A stretch of 64,000 nt of DNA from contig JAFZYC010000076.1 of NCBI GenBank assembly GCA_017616435.1, forward strand, positions 16,241-80,240, written 5' to 3'. The number at the start of each line of letters is the position of its first letter. The stretch's first letter is position 1. Made by a program: the position numbers and the translations under genes. Below are positions 11,456 to 21,124 of this stretch, piece by piece. The notes under the pieces are model-generated. The model had not been told where the DNA came from, did not search any database, and saw nothing but the letters and a program-made list of their open reading frames with translations. Origin of the DNA: Clostridia bacterium (GTDB lineage Bacteria; Bacillota; Clostridia; Christensenellales; CAG-138).

Positions 11456-11656
11456 TTACGCTTCCTCGATCGAGATGACGTCAAAGCCGAGATCCTCTAT
11501 AGAAGCCCGGACAGCGGCGGGATCGCCCTCAAAGCCGACTGTGAAATCGTTGAGAGCCATTGACCTGATCTCGGCGCCCATGGCGTTGAGCGCGTTGGTC
11601 ACGCGGGCGATGCAGTGGGGGCAGCCCATGCCTTCCGTCTTGATCCTGTAATCCAT
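11456..11656 (-). CDS. Heavy-metal-associated (HMA/CopZ-like) domain protein with GMGCPHC motif
   Basis: 66 aa with a beta-alpha-beta-beta-alpha-beta-like pattern and MGCPHC in place of the usual MTCxxC. Stop TAA (11458-11456) directly abuts the mnmA ATG (11455). Confidence 0.7.
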   Translation of the reverse strand: MDYRIKTEGMGCPHCIARVTNALNAMGAEIRSMALNDFTVGFEGDPAAVRASIEDLGFDVISIEEA

Positions 11657-11813
11657 AATTTAAGCTTCCTTTCGGTTGATAAGGTTATTATACCAAATCA
11701 TTCACGGAAAATAAATACGCAATATATATGACGAATTAAAAAACTGGGACTGTACATGAGACAAAAAACGTGTTAAAATAACAAGTAAACCTAATTCCGG
11801 GGGAAATTGAACT

Positions 11814-13643
11814 GTGAAAAGACTGACATGTTTTTTTGTTTGTCTTGCTGTGATAATAACGGCGATGATACCGTCCGCGGCTTCCGCAACGAAGTCGCAG
11901 CTCGACGCTATCACGACGCCGCATATAATACTTATGGAGGCGGGATCCGGTTCCGTCCTGTATGAGAAGGCCGCTTACTCCCGCGCGTATCCCGCAAGCA
12001 CGACCAAGATCATGACCTGTATCGTCGCCCTTGAGACCTGCTCCGATCTCGACAGGCAGTACCAGTGCGGTTACGAGGCGGAAAACGGCTTCTATTCGCA
12101 GAGTTCGCTTCTGGGCCTCAAGCACGGCTATATCGTGACCATCCGCGATATGCTCTACGGCCTCATGCTCTGCTCCGGCAACGACTGCGGCGCTTGCCTC
12201 GCCGTCGCCACCTGCGGCTCTATGGAGGGCTTCGTCGAGCTCATGAACAGGAAGGCGCAGGATATCGGCATGACGGAGACCCACTACACCAACGCGCACG
12301 GCCTCCATAACGACGAGCACTACACCACCGCGTACGATATGGCGCTGCTCATGAGGTACGCCCTCGGCAACCAAACGTTCCGCGAGATCATCCGGACTCT
12401 CGAATACACCGTCGTGGAAGCGAACGGCAAGTTCACAAAGACCATACAGACCTCCAACAAGCTGCTCTTCACCAAGCCCGATATCGACTGGGAGGACAAT
12501 ATCTACCAGTACGCGATCGGCGGCAAGACGGGCGAGACCAACATAGCGGGCTACTGCCTCGTCGAGGCGGCGGAAAAGGACGGCGTCACGCTGATCACGG
12601 TGCTCTTCGGCGATCCGAACAACTACGTCACGAGCCCGTATTACCGCTTCCATAACGCAAAGCTGCTCTTCGAATACGGCTTCGCGCAGTATGTGTCCTA
12701 CGATATGGCGCATTTCAACGTGCCCTATTCGTTCAACGTGCAGTCCACCGGCTTCGATCCCGACGATCCCGCGAACGGCGTCGTCACCGCGGAGGTCGAT
12801 ATCTCGGAGCTTGAGATAAAGGGCGCTTTGAGCGACCTTTCGGGCATTACGGATCAAAGCTTCTCATGGGAGGAGCCGGAGCTCGATCCCGACGCCGTGA
12901 AGGCCCCCATCTCCATCGGGGACAAGCTCGGCACTGCGACGCTGCTCTGCAACGGCCAGCCCTTCTATACGGGCGATCTCATCGCCACTACCGCGGTAGG
13001 CTCCGATCAGAAGGGGAACAACGGCAAGCAATCCGATATCATAAAGGACAATTCCTCCGGCAGCCGCGACGTATGCAACCTCACCGTGAGCAAGAACGGC
13101 GGCGACGCGGAGTACACCGTCTGGGTCTACTACAAGAACACCATGTTCACCATGAAGGAGCTCAAATGGCATTACCTCTTCTGCGACGGAGAGGTGTTCC
13201 GCTCCGCAAGGGTGCCCGGCGTCACGTACGACCTCATGCTTTACAAGCGCGTCACGGATGAAGACGGCAGCGTATCCTACGTTTATTCGGAAAACGCCGA
13301 GGCGGGCGAAAGCTACGTCATAGTCTCGCAGGGAAGGGCGCTCCAGGCCGTGAAAAAGGGCAGGAGCCTCGCCGCTGTCCCGGTCGTAACGGATGAGCAG
13401 GGGAACATCACCTCTCAGGTCGCGGACAACATGGTCTGGACATTCTACGAGAACGGCACGGGCTATCAGCTCATTTCGAACGGCCTCTATCTGCACAGGA
13501 GCGACGGGGACGGTCTGCTGTTCTGGATACTGATCGGTGTGCTCGCCATAGCGCTCATAATCGTAATCCGCCTCCTCGCGACGAGCAGATCGAGGCGCCG
13601 CAACCCCAGAAGGCGCGGCAAGTATAAGATCTATCGCATGTGA
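11814..13643 (+). CDS. D-alanyl-D-alanine carboxypeptidase (peptidase S11) with long C-terminal extension and C-terminal TM anchor
   Basis: GTG start after GGGGGA. Signal peptide. All three catalytic boxes are intact: STTK (ASTTKIM), SGN (LCSGNDCG), KTG (GGKTGET). About 250 extra residues, then the TM LLFWILIGVLAIALIIVIRLL and a basic tail. Confidence 0.8.
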   Translation: MKRLTCFFVCLAVIITAMIPSAASATKSQLDAITTPHIILMEAGSGSVLYEKAAYSRAYPASTTKIMTCIVALETCSDLDRQYQCGYEAENGFYSQSSLLGLKHGYIVTIRDMLYGLMLCSGNDCGACLAVATCGSMEGFVELMNRKAQDIGMTETHYTNAHGLHNDEHYTTAYDMALLMRYALGNQTFREIIRTLEYTVVEANGKFTKTIQTSNKLLFTKPDIDWEDNIYQYAIGGKTGETNIAGYCLVEAAEKDGVTLITVLFGDPNNYVTSPYYRFHNAKLLFEYGFAQYVSYDMAHFNVPYSFNVQSTGFDPDDPANGVVTAEVDISELEIKGALSDLSGITDQSFSWEEPELDPDAVKAPISIGDKLGTATLLCNGQPFYTGDLIATTAVGSDQKGNNGKQSDIIKDNSSGSRDVCNLTVSKNGGDAEYTVWVYYKNTMFTMKELKWHYLFCDGEVFRSARVPGVTYDLMLYKRVTDEDGSVSYVYSENAEAGESYVIVSQGRALQAVKKGRSLAAVPVVTDEQGNITSQVADNMVWTFYENGTGYQLISNGLYLHRSDGDGLLFWILIGVLAIALIIVIRLLATSRSRRRNPRRRGKYKIYRM

Positions 13644-13698
13644 CGAAAGATCCTGACGAAACCGAAACGGCATTGACAGGCGCCTTTTGAACCGGGAC

Positions 13699-13727
13699 TT
13701 GCCAAAGCCGTTTTTATGTACTATTAT
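13699..13727 (+). promoter_or_regulatory. Candidate sigma-A promoter (TTGCCA-17-TATTAT) placed for a leaderless transcript
   Basis: TTGCCA at 13699-13704, 17-nt spacer, TATTAT at 13722-13727. ATG 13734 begins exactly 7 nt after the -10 element. No SD precedes either candidate ATG. Confidence 0.4.
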
Positions 13728-14471
13728 ACGCTTATGCAGTACGGAAAACTCGCAAACCTATACGATAAGTTCATGTCGGACGTCGACTACGGCGCCTGGG
13801 CGGATCACATTGCCGATCTGATCCCGGACGGCGCCAACGTGCTCGAGGCCGGCTGCGGCACGGGAGAGATCAGCATAAGGCTCGCAAGGCGCGGCTTCAC
13901 CGTCACGGCCACCGATATCTCGGAGGATATGCTGATTGTCGCCTCCCAAAAGATGCGCGAGTGCGGCGTCGGCGCGCCGTGGCTCCGCTTTGCGCGGATG
14001 GATATGCGCTCCCTCGCAAGCCACAAAAAGGTCGACTGCGTGCTCTCCTGCTGCGACGGCGTGAACTACCTTCTGAGCCGCGAGGACGTGCTTCGCTTCT
14101 TCCGCTCTGCGGCGGATGTATTGAAGCCCGGAGGCATGCTCATATTCGACGTTTCTTCAAGGCACAAGCTTTCGGCGATACTCGGGAACAACAGCTTCAC
14201 CGACAACGGCATGGACGCGGCGTATCTTTGGCAGAACACCTACGACGAAGGCTCGAAGCTGATCCGCATGGAGCTTTCGTTCTTCGTCAGGAAGGGCGAG
14301 CTCTACGAGCGCTTCGACGAAACGCATATCCAGCGTGCGCATTCCGTTCGCGAGCTCGGCTCTTGGCTTGAGGAAGCGGGCTTCTCGTGGAAAGCGCGCG
14401 GGTTTTTGAAGGACGGGCCTCCCTCGGAGGACGAGGAGAGGATCGAGTTCATCGCAAGAAAAAACAGCTGA
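13716..14471 (+). CDS. Class I SAM-dependent methyltransferase
   Basis: VLEAGCGTGEISIRLARRGF SAM-binding motif I. The ORF starts at 13716. The alternative start ATG 13734 (MQYGKLANLYDKFM) is favoured if the transcript is leaderless. Confidence 0.75.
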   Translation: MYYYTLMQYGKLANLYDKFMSDVDYGAWADHIADLIPDGANVLEAGCGTGEISIRLARRGFTVTATDISEDMLIVASQKMRECGVGAPWLRFARMDMRSLASHKKVDCVLSCCDGVNYLLSREDVLRFFRSAADVLKPGGMLIFDVSSRHKLSAILGNNSFTDNGMDAAYLWQNTYDEGSKLIRMELSFFVRKGELYERFDETHIQRAHSVRELGSWLEEAGFSWKARGFLKDGPPSEDEERIEFIARKNS

Positions 14472-14493
14472 TAATAAACAGAGGATCGATAAT

Positions 14494-15417
14494 ATGGAAA
14501 CTGATTCGAATATCAAGGAAGACAGGCTGATCCGAGGGCTTCTCTGCGAGGGAAGCATCAATATGACGGCCGTCTCGGGCCGTGCTCTCGTTGAGTCGGC
14601 AAGGCAGGCGCACGGACTTTCGCACGTATGCACCGCCGCATTGGGGCGTCTGCTGATGCAGACCGCGATGATGAGCGTTCAGCTCAAGAACAAGTCCGAT
14701 AACCTCACCGTGATACTGGACGGCGACGGCAAGGCGGGCCGCTTCGTCGCCGTGGGGCATGAGGGCGGTATCGTTAAGGGCTATGTCGACTGTCCTGCGG
14801 TAGAGCTCCCGCTCAAGGAGAACGGCAAGCTCGACGTATCGGGCGCCGTCGGCAAAAACGGCGAGATCCGCGTGATACGCGATCTATCGCTCAAGGAGCC
14901 CTACGTCGGCCGCTGCGCTATCGCGGACGGAGAGATCGCCAACGATTTCGCGAACTACTTTGTAATCAGCGAGCAGCAGCCCTCGCTCGTGTACCTCGGC
15001 GTCAGGGTCGACCCCGCGACGGGGGAGGTCAGGGCGGCTTCCGGCATAATGCTGCAGCCGCTGCCCTTCTGCCCGGAGCGCGACATCGCTTATCTAGAGA
15101 TGAAGGCGCAGGATATCACGAACCTCACCCGCCTTATCGACGAGGGGGAGGATCTTGAGGGCGCGATAATCGAGCTCATCGGAGAGCTGCATCCGGAGTT
15201 CACAGAAAGGACGGTACCGGAGTTCAGATGCGACTGCAGCCGGGAGAAGATAGAGTCCGCGCTCATCTCGCTGGGCAAGAGCGAGCTTTCCGACATGATC
15301 GAAAAGGATCGCGGCGCGGAGCTCAAATGCAGGTTCTGCAACAGAACGTACAAGTTTGAAGAAGAGGAACTCAGGTCTCTGCTCGAAGAAGCACAGAGGC
15401 GTGAAGAGGATGACTGA
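14494..15417 (+). CDS. hslO: Redox-regulated chaperone Hsp33
   Basis: C-terminal zinc centre CDCSREK...CRFCNRTY. 307 aa. Confidence 0.9.
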   Translation: METDSNIKEDRLIRGLLCEGSINMTAVSGRALVESARQAHGLSHVCTAALGRLLMQTAMMSVQLKNKSDNLTVILDGDGKAGRFVAVGHEGGIVKGYVDCPAVELPLKENGKLDVSGAVGKNGEIRVIRDLSLKEPYVGRCAIADGEIANDFANYFVISEQQPSLVYLGVRVDPATGEVRAASGIMLQPLPFCPERDIAYLEMKAQDITNLTRLIDEGEDLEGAIIELIGELHPEFTERTVPEFRCDCSREKIESALISLGKSELSDMIEKDRGAELKCRFCNRTYKFEEEELRSLLEEAQRREEDD

Positions 15418-17164
15418 GAGGAACGGACAAACCGATAACACGACCCGCGGAAAGATACTGCATTTCGCGCAGGGCCCCGCTTTTTACGCAAAGCGCGGGG
15501 ACGCTAAGCGCGCCCAAAACGACCCCGTGAGCGCGATCGCCATGTATAACGAGGCGCTCGCCATCGACCCGGAGGATCTCGATACGAGGCTCGCCGCGGC
15601 CGAGGTATTGACCGACATGTCCCGGTTCAACGACTCCAACCGCATGCTGATACCCTATATGCACATGGACGAGGAGTTCAAAAAGGACGCTTACTGCATA
15701 GTGGGCTTCAATCTTATGGGTATGGGCGAGCTCGAAGGAGCCAAGGGCTGTTTCAACCGATTCCTCGATCTCACGGACGAGGTCTCCGAAAGAACGGACG
15801 CTATGCTCGACGCGCTCGACTACATCGATTCAGCGGAGGAGCAGGGTCCCGCGCTCACGGACGCCTCCGTCGCGGAGTACGACGCAAAGCTGCAGAAAGC
15901 GCACGAGCTGTTCGACATGAGCGATTTCGAAGGCTCTGCCCGCATACTCCGCTCACTCAATGAAAAGGATCCGGACGACTGCCGCGTGCTCTACGAGCTC
16001 GCGCTCGCATGCCTCTGCAGCCATGAGAACGCGGAGGGTGAGGCGTATGTCGACCGTTTGCTCACAATTGAGGAGAACAACTGGCACGCGCTCAGCTTAA
16101 AGCTCATGTTCGCGAAGGCCGCGAACAACGAGCTTGAGATCAAAAAGGTCTGCAAGCGCTTTGAAAAATGCGATTCCGAGCAGCCGGAGGAGCTGCTCCG
16201 CATAAACGGCGCGCTCCTTGAGGCGAACTGCAATGAGCTCGCTTTGAGGTTCGCGGATAGGCTGCAGAAGCTCCTGCCCTATGATACGCTCGTCAACCAC
16301 AGGCTCGCGGTTTCGCTCATCAAGCTCAAGCAGTACGCAAAGGCCGCGCGCATATACGATAAGCTCCTTAGGATAGACAGGAACGACTATATAGCAAGGT
16401 ATCACCGCGCCTGCTGCGCGGAAGCTTTGGAAGGGGAGGGCTTCGCCAAGGAGCGTCCTATAATCCAGTACCAGCTCCCGTTCGACAGGATAATCTCAAT
16501 GGCCAAAAAGCTCCTTGACAATAAGGAATGCTCTGTCATGGAGATCCGCGAGAAATGGGAGAGCGACTCCGATTTCAGGGATACCGTAAAGTGGGCCTTC
16601 ACTCTCCACGAGTTCAACATCACCCACGCCATGCTCAATCTCCTTAGAGTAGCGGGGGATAAGCGCGCGGAGCTTCTCATAAGGGAGGTCATGGCCGATA
16701 TCGACGCCGGACGAGCCGTGATAAACGACGGCATGGGCATTTTGAAGCGCATGGAGGCGCCAGAGCCGTTTTTCGCGACGGTCGACGGCTGTCTGCTCGA
16801 AGGCAGGGTGAACGTCATCGATCTTTCGGATATCCATATCCCAAAGCAGTACTGCGATATCTTCCCGCGGTTTTCCGAAAAGGCCGGGCAGCTTTACAGC
16901 GGCGAGGTCGTGAACACCGCGGCCGGGATAGTGGAGCGCTTTATCGCGAACACCCGCGGCGTGTTCCGCAGGATGACCAACGAGCAGTCCGCCGCGCTTT
17001 CGGCCGCCGTCGAATACCTCGCCTGCGATCAGTGCGGGGTGCTGGTAAGGGATGACGTCACGGAGCGCTACGGCGTTACCCAAAGGCGCATTATGAACGC
17101 TATCAACAGGATAGTCCGCACCGTGCTCTCGGGCTCGGCGGAAATCGACGGAGGGGAAGAATGA
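15410..17164 (+). CDS. Tetratricopeptide-repeat protein, function unknown
   Basis: TPR-like helical repeats (AIAMYNEALAIDPEDLDTRL.., YELALACL.., YAKAARIYDKLLRIDRNDYIARY). ATG 15410 overlaps the hslO stop by 8 nt. The 15356 start would lie deep inside hslO. Confidence 0.6.
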   Translation: MTERNGQTDNTTRGKILHFAQGPAFYAKRGDAKRAQNDPVSAIAMYNEALAIDPEDLDTRLAAAEVLTDMSRFNDSNRMLIPYMHMDEEFKKDAYCIVGFNLMGMGELEGAKGCFNRFLDLTDEVSERTDAMLDALDYIDSAEEQGPALTDASVAEYDAKLQKAHELFDMSDFEGSARILRSLNEKDPDDCRVLYELALACLCSHENAEGEAYVDRLLTIEENNWHALSLKLMFAKAANNELEIKKVCKRFEKCDSEQPEELLRINGALLEANCNELALRFADRLQKLLPYDTLVNHRLAVSLIKLKQYAKAARIYDKLLRIDRNDYIARYHRACCAEALEGEGFAKERPIIQYQLPFDRIISMAKKLLDNKECSVMEIREKWESDSDFRDTVKWAFTLHEFNITHAMLNLLRVAGDKRAELLIREVMADIDAGRAVINDGMGILKRMEAPEPFFATVDGCLLEGRVNVIDLSDIHIPKQYCDIFPRFSEKAGQLYSGEVVNTAAGIVERFIANTRGVFRRMTNEQSAALSAAVEYLACDQCGVLVRDDVTERYGVTQRRIMNAINRIVRTVLSGSAEIDGGEE

Positions 17165-18282
17165 GGTTTATCGCCACGTGTAAAATGGGCCTTGAATCGG
17201 TAGCCGCGGATGAACTGCGCGCGCTCGGGATCGAGATCGAATCCGTCAGCGACGCAAAGATAATATTCGCCGGCGGCTATTTCGAAATGGCAAAGGCCTG
17301 CCTCTGGCTCAGGACCGCGGAGCGTGTGCTCATGATAGTCGGCGAGTTTCACGCCGAGACCTTTGAAGAGCTGTATTCAGGAGTCCGCGCCATCAGATGG
17401 AAGGACTATATCGGCAGGAACAGCTTCATCCACGTCAACGGAAAATCCGCAAAGAGCAAGCTCTTCGCCGTTTCCGACTGCCAGAGCATCACCAAAAAAG
17501 CGATCGTCGATTCGCTCTTTGCGGCGTATCATGTGAACTCCCTCCCCGAAAAGGGAGAGGAGATAATCGTCGAGGTCGGCCTCCTAAGAGACGAGGCGAC
17601 GCTTGCGCTCGACTGCTGCGGCGCGGGGCTTTCGCGGCGCGGTTACAGGACTTGGAACGTCGCCGCCCCGATAGCGGAAACATTGGGCGCGTCGATAGTA
17701 ACGCTCGCAAGGTACAGCAGCGATATCCCGCTCGTCGATCCCATGTGCGGCTCCGGCACAATGCCTATCGAGGCCGCAATGATCGCCCGCAATATGGCGC
17801 CCGGGCTTATAAGGAGCTTCGCCGCCGAAAAATGGGCGTTTACTCAGGGAAGGCCTTTTGAGCTCGCCCGCAGCGAGGCGCGCGATCTCGTGCGCGATAT
17901 CGCCCCGGATATCCTCGGCAGCGACATCGATCCGCACGCGATCGACGTATGCAAAAAACACGCCAAGAAGGCGGGCGTCACCGTCCGCTGGGAGGTCAAG
18001 CCGCTGTCGGAGTTCAAGGCTCCTGCCGAGAGCGGAATAATCGTCTGCAACCCGCCCTACGGCGAAAGGCTCATGGAAAAGCGCGAGGCCGAAAAGCTCT
18101 ATCGCGAGATGCGCCGGGTGTTCGATACGCTTCCGCATTGGGACAAGAACATTATCACATCCCATAAGGATTTCGAGCGCATTTACGGCAAGAAGGCCGA
18201 CAGGCGCCGCAAGCTTTCAAACGGCGGAATGACCTGCACGCTCCACCGGTATTTTGCGGAGGAGGGCTTTATAAGGGAGTGA
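17161..18282 (+). CDS. THUMP-domain class I SAM-dependent RNA methyltransferase (YpsC/RlmL-like)
   Basis: N-terminal THUMP-like region and NPPYG catalytic motif (IIVCNPPYGERL). ATGA overlap with the TPR gene stop. Confidence 0.8.
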   Translation: MRFIATCKMGLESVAADELRALGIEIESVSDAKIIFAGGYFEMAKACLWLRTAERVLMIVGEFHAETFEELYSGVRAIRWKDYIGRNSFIHVNGKSAKSKLFAVSDCQSITKKAIVDSLFAAYHVNSLPEKGEEIIVEVGLLRDEATLALDCCGAGLSRRGYRTWNVAAPIAETLGASIVTLARYSSDIPLVDPMCGSGTMPIEAAMIARNMAPGLIRSFAAEKWAFTQGRPFELARSEARDLVRDIAPDILGSDIDPHAIDVCKKHAKKAGVTVRWEVKPLSEFKAPAESGIIVCNPPYGERLMEKREAEKLYREMRRVFDTLPHWDKNIITSHKDFERIYGKKADRRRKLSNGGMTCTLHRYFAEEGFIRE

Positions 18283-18558
18283 TCATATCCTGCCCAGGAT
18301 ATCGTAAAGCTTCCGCTTCTGCTCCTCATTCAGCATTGGCAGTATCGTACTAACGCCTTTCTGCAGCGCGGCGCTGTCAAAGCTGCCCTCCGCCTTCTGG
18401 CGGCTCGTTGCGGCGATCAGCTCCCGCATGAGCTCGTTTTCGCTCATGCCGGAGTATTCGTTCATAAGCTCGTTCACGCTCCTGCCGACGTTGTTCCTTT
18501 CGGGTCCCGCTTCGGCGGGCTCTTTTTTTGCGATGCTGTCCCTAAGGCTCCTTTTCAT
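18283..18558 (-). CDS. Small hypothetical protein (91 aa)
   Basis: ORF with genome-typical codon usage. Helical, charged sequence (NELMNEYSGMSENELMRELIAATSRQK..LNEEQKRKLYDILGRI). No family recognised. Confidence 0.45.
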   Translation of the reverse strand: MKRSLRDSIAKKEPAEAGPERNNVGRSVNELMNEYSGMSENELMRELIAATSRQKAEGSFDSAALQKGVSTILPMLNEEQKRKLYDILGRI

Positions 18559-18652
18559 ATCTGCCTCCTTTTATTCCTCACGTTATTCTATGCCGCGTCT
18601 GCACGATACGATCCCGCCGCGAATATAATGGACTGTGACGGGAGGTGTGTTT

Positions 18653-19099
18653 ATGCAGCGGATACCATCAAGGACTGCCCCGCGGTCGGCCGGGACGCAG
18701 AAGCAGGAGGAGCCCTCGCCCATGCTCAGGATCGCAAGACGCATCCGTGAGGAGCAGGGCGCGGAGCAGGTGCGCGCGTTTCTTGCGGCGATGCTCCCCT
18801 TTGCGGCCCCAAACGAGATCCGCCGCATAGGGGAGGGCTTCGGGATACCGTTCGAAAGCATAGAAAGCCTCAGAGCTCCCCAGATCGCGCCTCCCGCACG
18901 GCAGAGCTTTAAGGAGCCGGTAAGGCAGGCGCCGTTTCAAAGCCCTGTGATGGGCTCGGGGATACCGCAAACGGGGGACGCTGGCATCGACAGAGCCGTG
19001 AACAGCCTCAACATGATAAGGACGGTAATGCAGCTGAAAAACGCGATGGCTGGCGGCGCCGATCCTATGAAGCTTATGGGGATGCTGAACGGCAGATGA
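18653..19099 (+). CDS. Hypothetical protein (148 aa)
   Basis: ATG 18653 lies 8 nt after GGGAGG (18639-18644). Pro/Gln-rich middle region and a Met-rich C-terminus (MQLKNAMAGGADPMKLMGMLNGR). No family recognised. Confidence 0.45.
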   Translation: MQRIPSRTAPRSAGTQKQEEPSPMLRIARRIREEQGAEQVRAFLAAMLPFAAPNEIRRIGEGFGIPFESIESLRAPQIAPPARQSFKEPVRQAPFQSPVMGSGIPQTGDAGIDRAVNSLNMIRTVMQLKNAMAGGADPMKLMGMLNGR

Positions 19100-19113
19100 A
19101 GCCCAAATCGTTG

Positions 19114-19142
19114 TAGACAAACGGCATGAAATATGGTATTTT
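19114..19142 (+). promoter_or_regulatory. Candidate promoter (TAGACA-17-TGgTATTTT) abutting the nth start
   Basis: TAGACA at 19114-19119, 17-nt spacer ending in TGG, TATTTT at 19137-19142. The second in-frame ATG (19149) lies 7 nt after the -10. No SD seen. Confidence 0.3.
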
Positions 19143-19808
19143 ATGCGTATGGAAACGAAAGAAAACAAAAAAGATATCGCCTCGTGGCGCAGAGCGGTGC
19201 TCGACGGGCTTGCCATGCAGCATCCCGACGCCGCGCCGGAGCTCGATTTCACGAATCCCTATGAGCTGCTTATCGCGACGATACTCTCCGCCCAGTGCAC
19301 GGACAAGCAGGTGAACCGGGTGACGCCCGCGCTCTTTGCGGCATATCCCACGCCTGTCGATCTTGCAAAGGCCGAGCCTGAGGAGATCGAGCCCCTGATC
19401 CGTTCCTGCGGCTTCTATCACAACAAGGCGGCGAACATCGTCTCCGCCTGCCGCGACATAGCGGAAAGGTTCGGAGGCGTAGTGCCTTCCACGCGGGAGG
19501 GGCTGGAGTCCCTTGCGGGCGTCGGAAGGAAGACCGCGAGCGTCGTGCTTTCCAACGCGTTCGGAGTGCCCGCTATCGCCGTCGACACACATGTATTCAG
19601 GGTGTCGAACCGCATCGGATTGGCTTCCGCAAAGAATGTCGAAAACACCGAGGCGCAGCTCATGGAGGCGATACCCATGGACGAGTGGTCGATCGCGCAC
19701 CACTGGCTCATATTCCACGGCAGAAGGGTCTGCCATGCGAAAAAGCCCGCCTGCGGGGAATGCATGATCAGGGAGCTGTGCAGGTATTACAGGGCTGCGA
19801 AGGAGTAA
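19143..19808 (+). CDS. nth: Endonuclease III
   Basis: LSAQCTD, GVGRKTASVV (catalytic Lys), VDTHVFRV, and the [4Fe-4S] cluster loop CHAKKPACGECMIRELC. Confidence 0.9.
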   Translation: MRMETKENKKDIASWRRAVLDGLAMQHPDAAPELDFTNPYELLIATILSAQCTDKQVNRVTPALFAAYPTPVDLAKAEPEEIEPLIRSCGFYHNKAANIVSACRDIAERFGGVVPSTREGLESLAGVGRKTASVVLSNAFGVPAIAVDTHVFRVSNRIGLASAKNVENTEAQLMEAIPMDEWSIAHHWLIFHGRRVCHAKKPACGECMIRELCRYYRAAKE

Positions 19809-21080
<1,272 letters not shown>

Positions 21081-21094
21081 AACGAACTAATATC

Positions 21095-21124
21095 AAGGCC
21101 GCGTTCACCCGCGGCCTTTTTCTG
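21095..21124 (+). terminator. Rho-independent terminator after obg
   Basis: AAGGCCGCG (21095-21103), loop TTCACC, CGCGGCCTT (21110-21118), then a T-run. The convergent gene's stop codon (21105-21107) lies in the loop. Confidence 0.65.
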
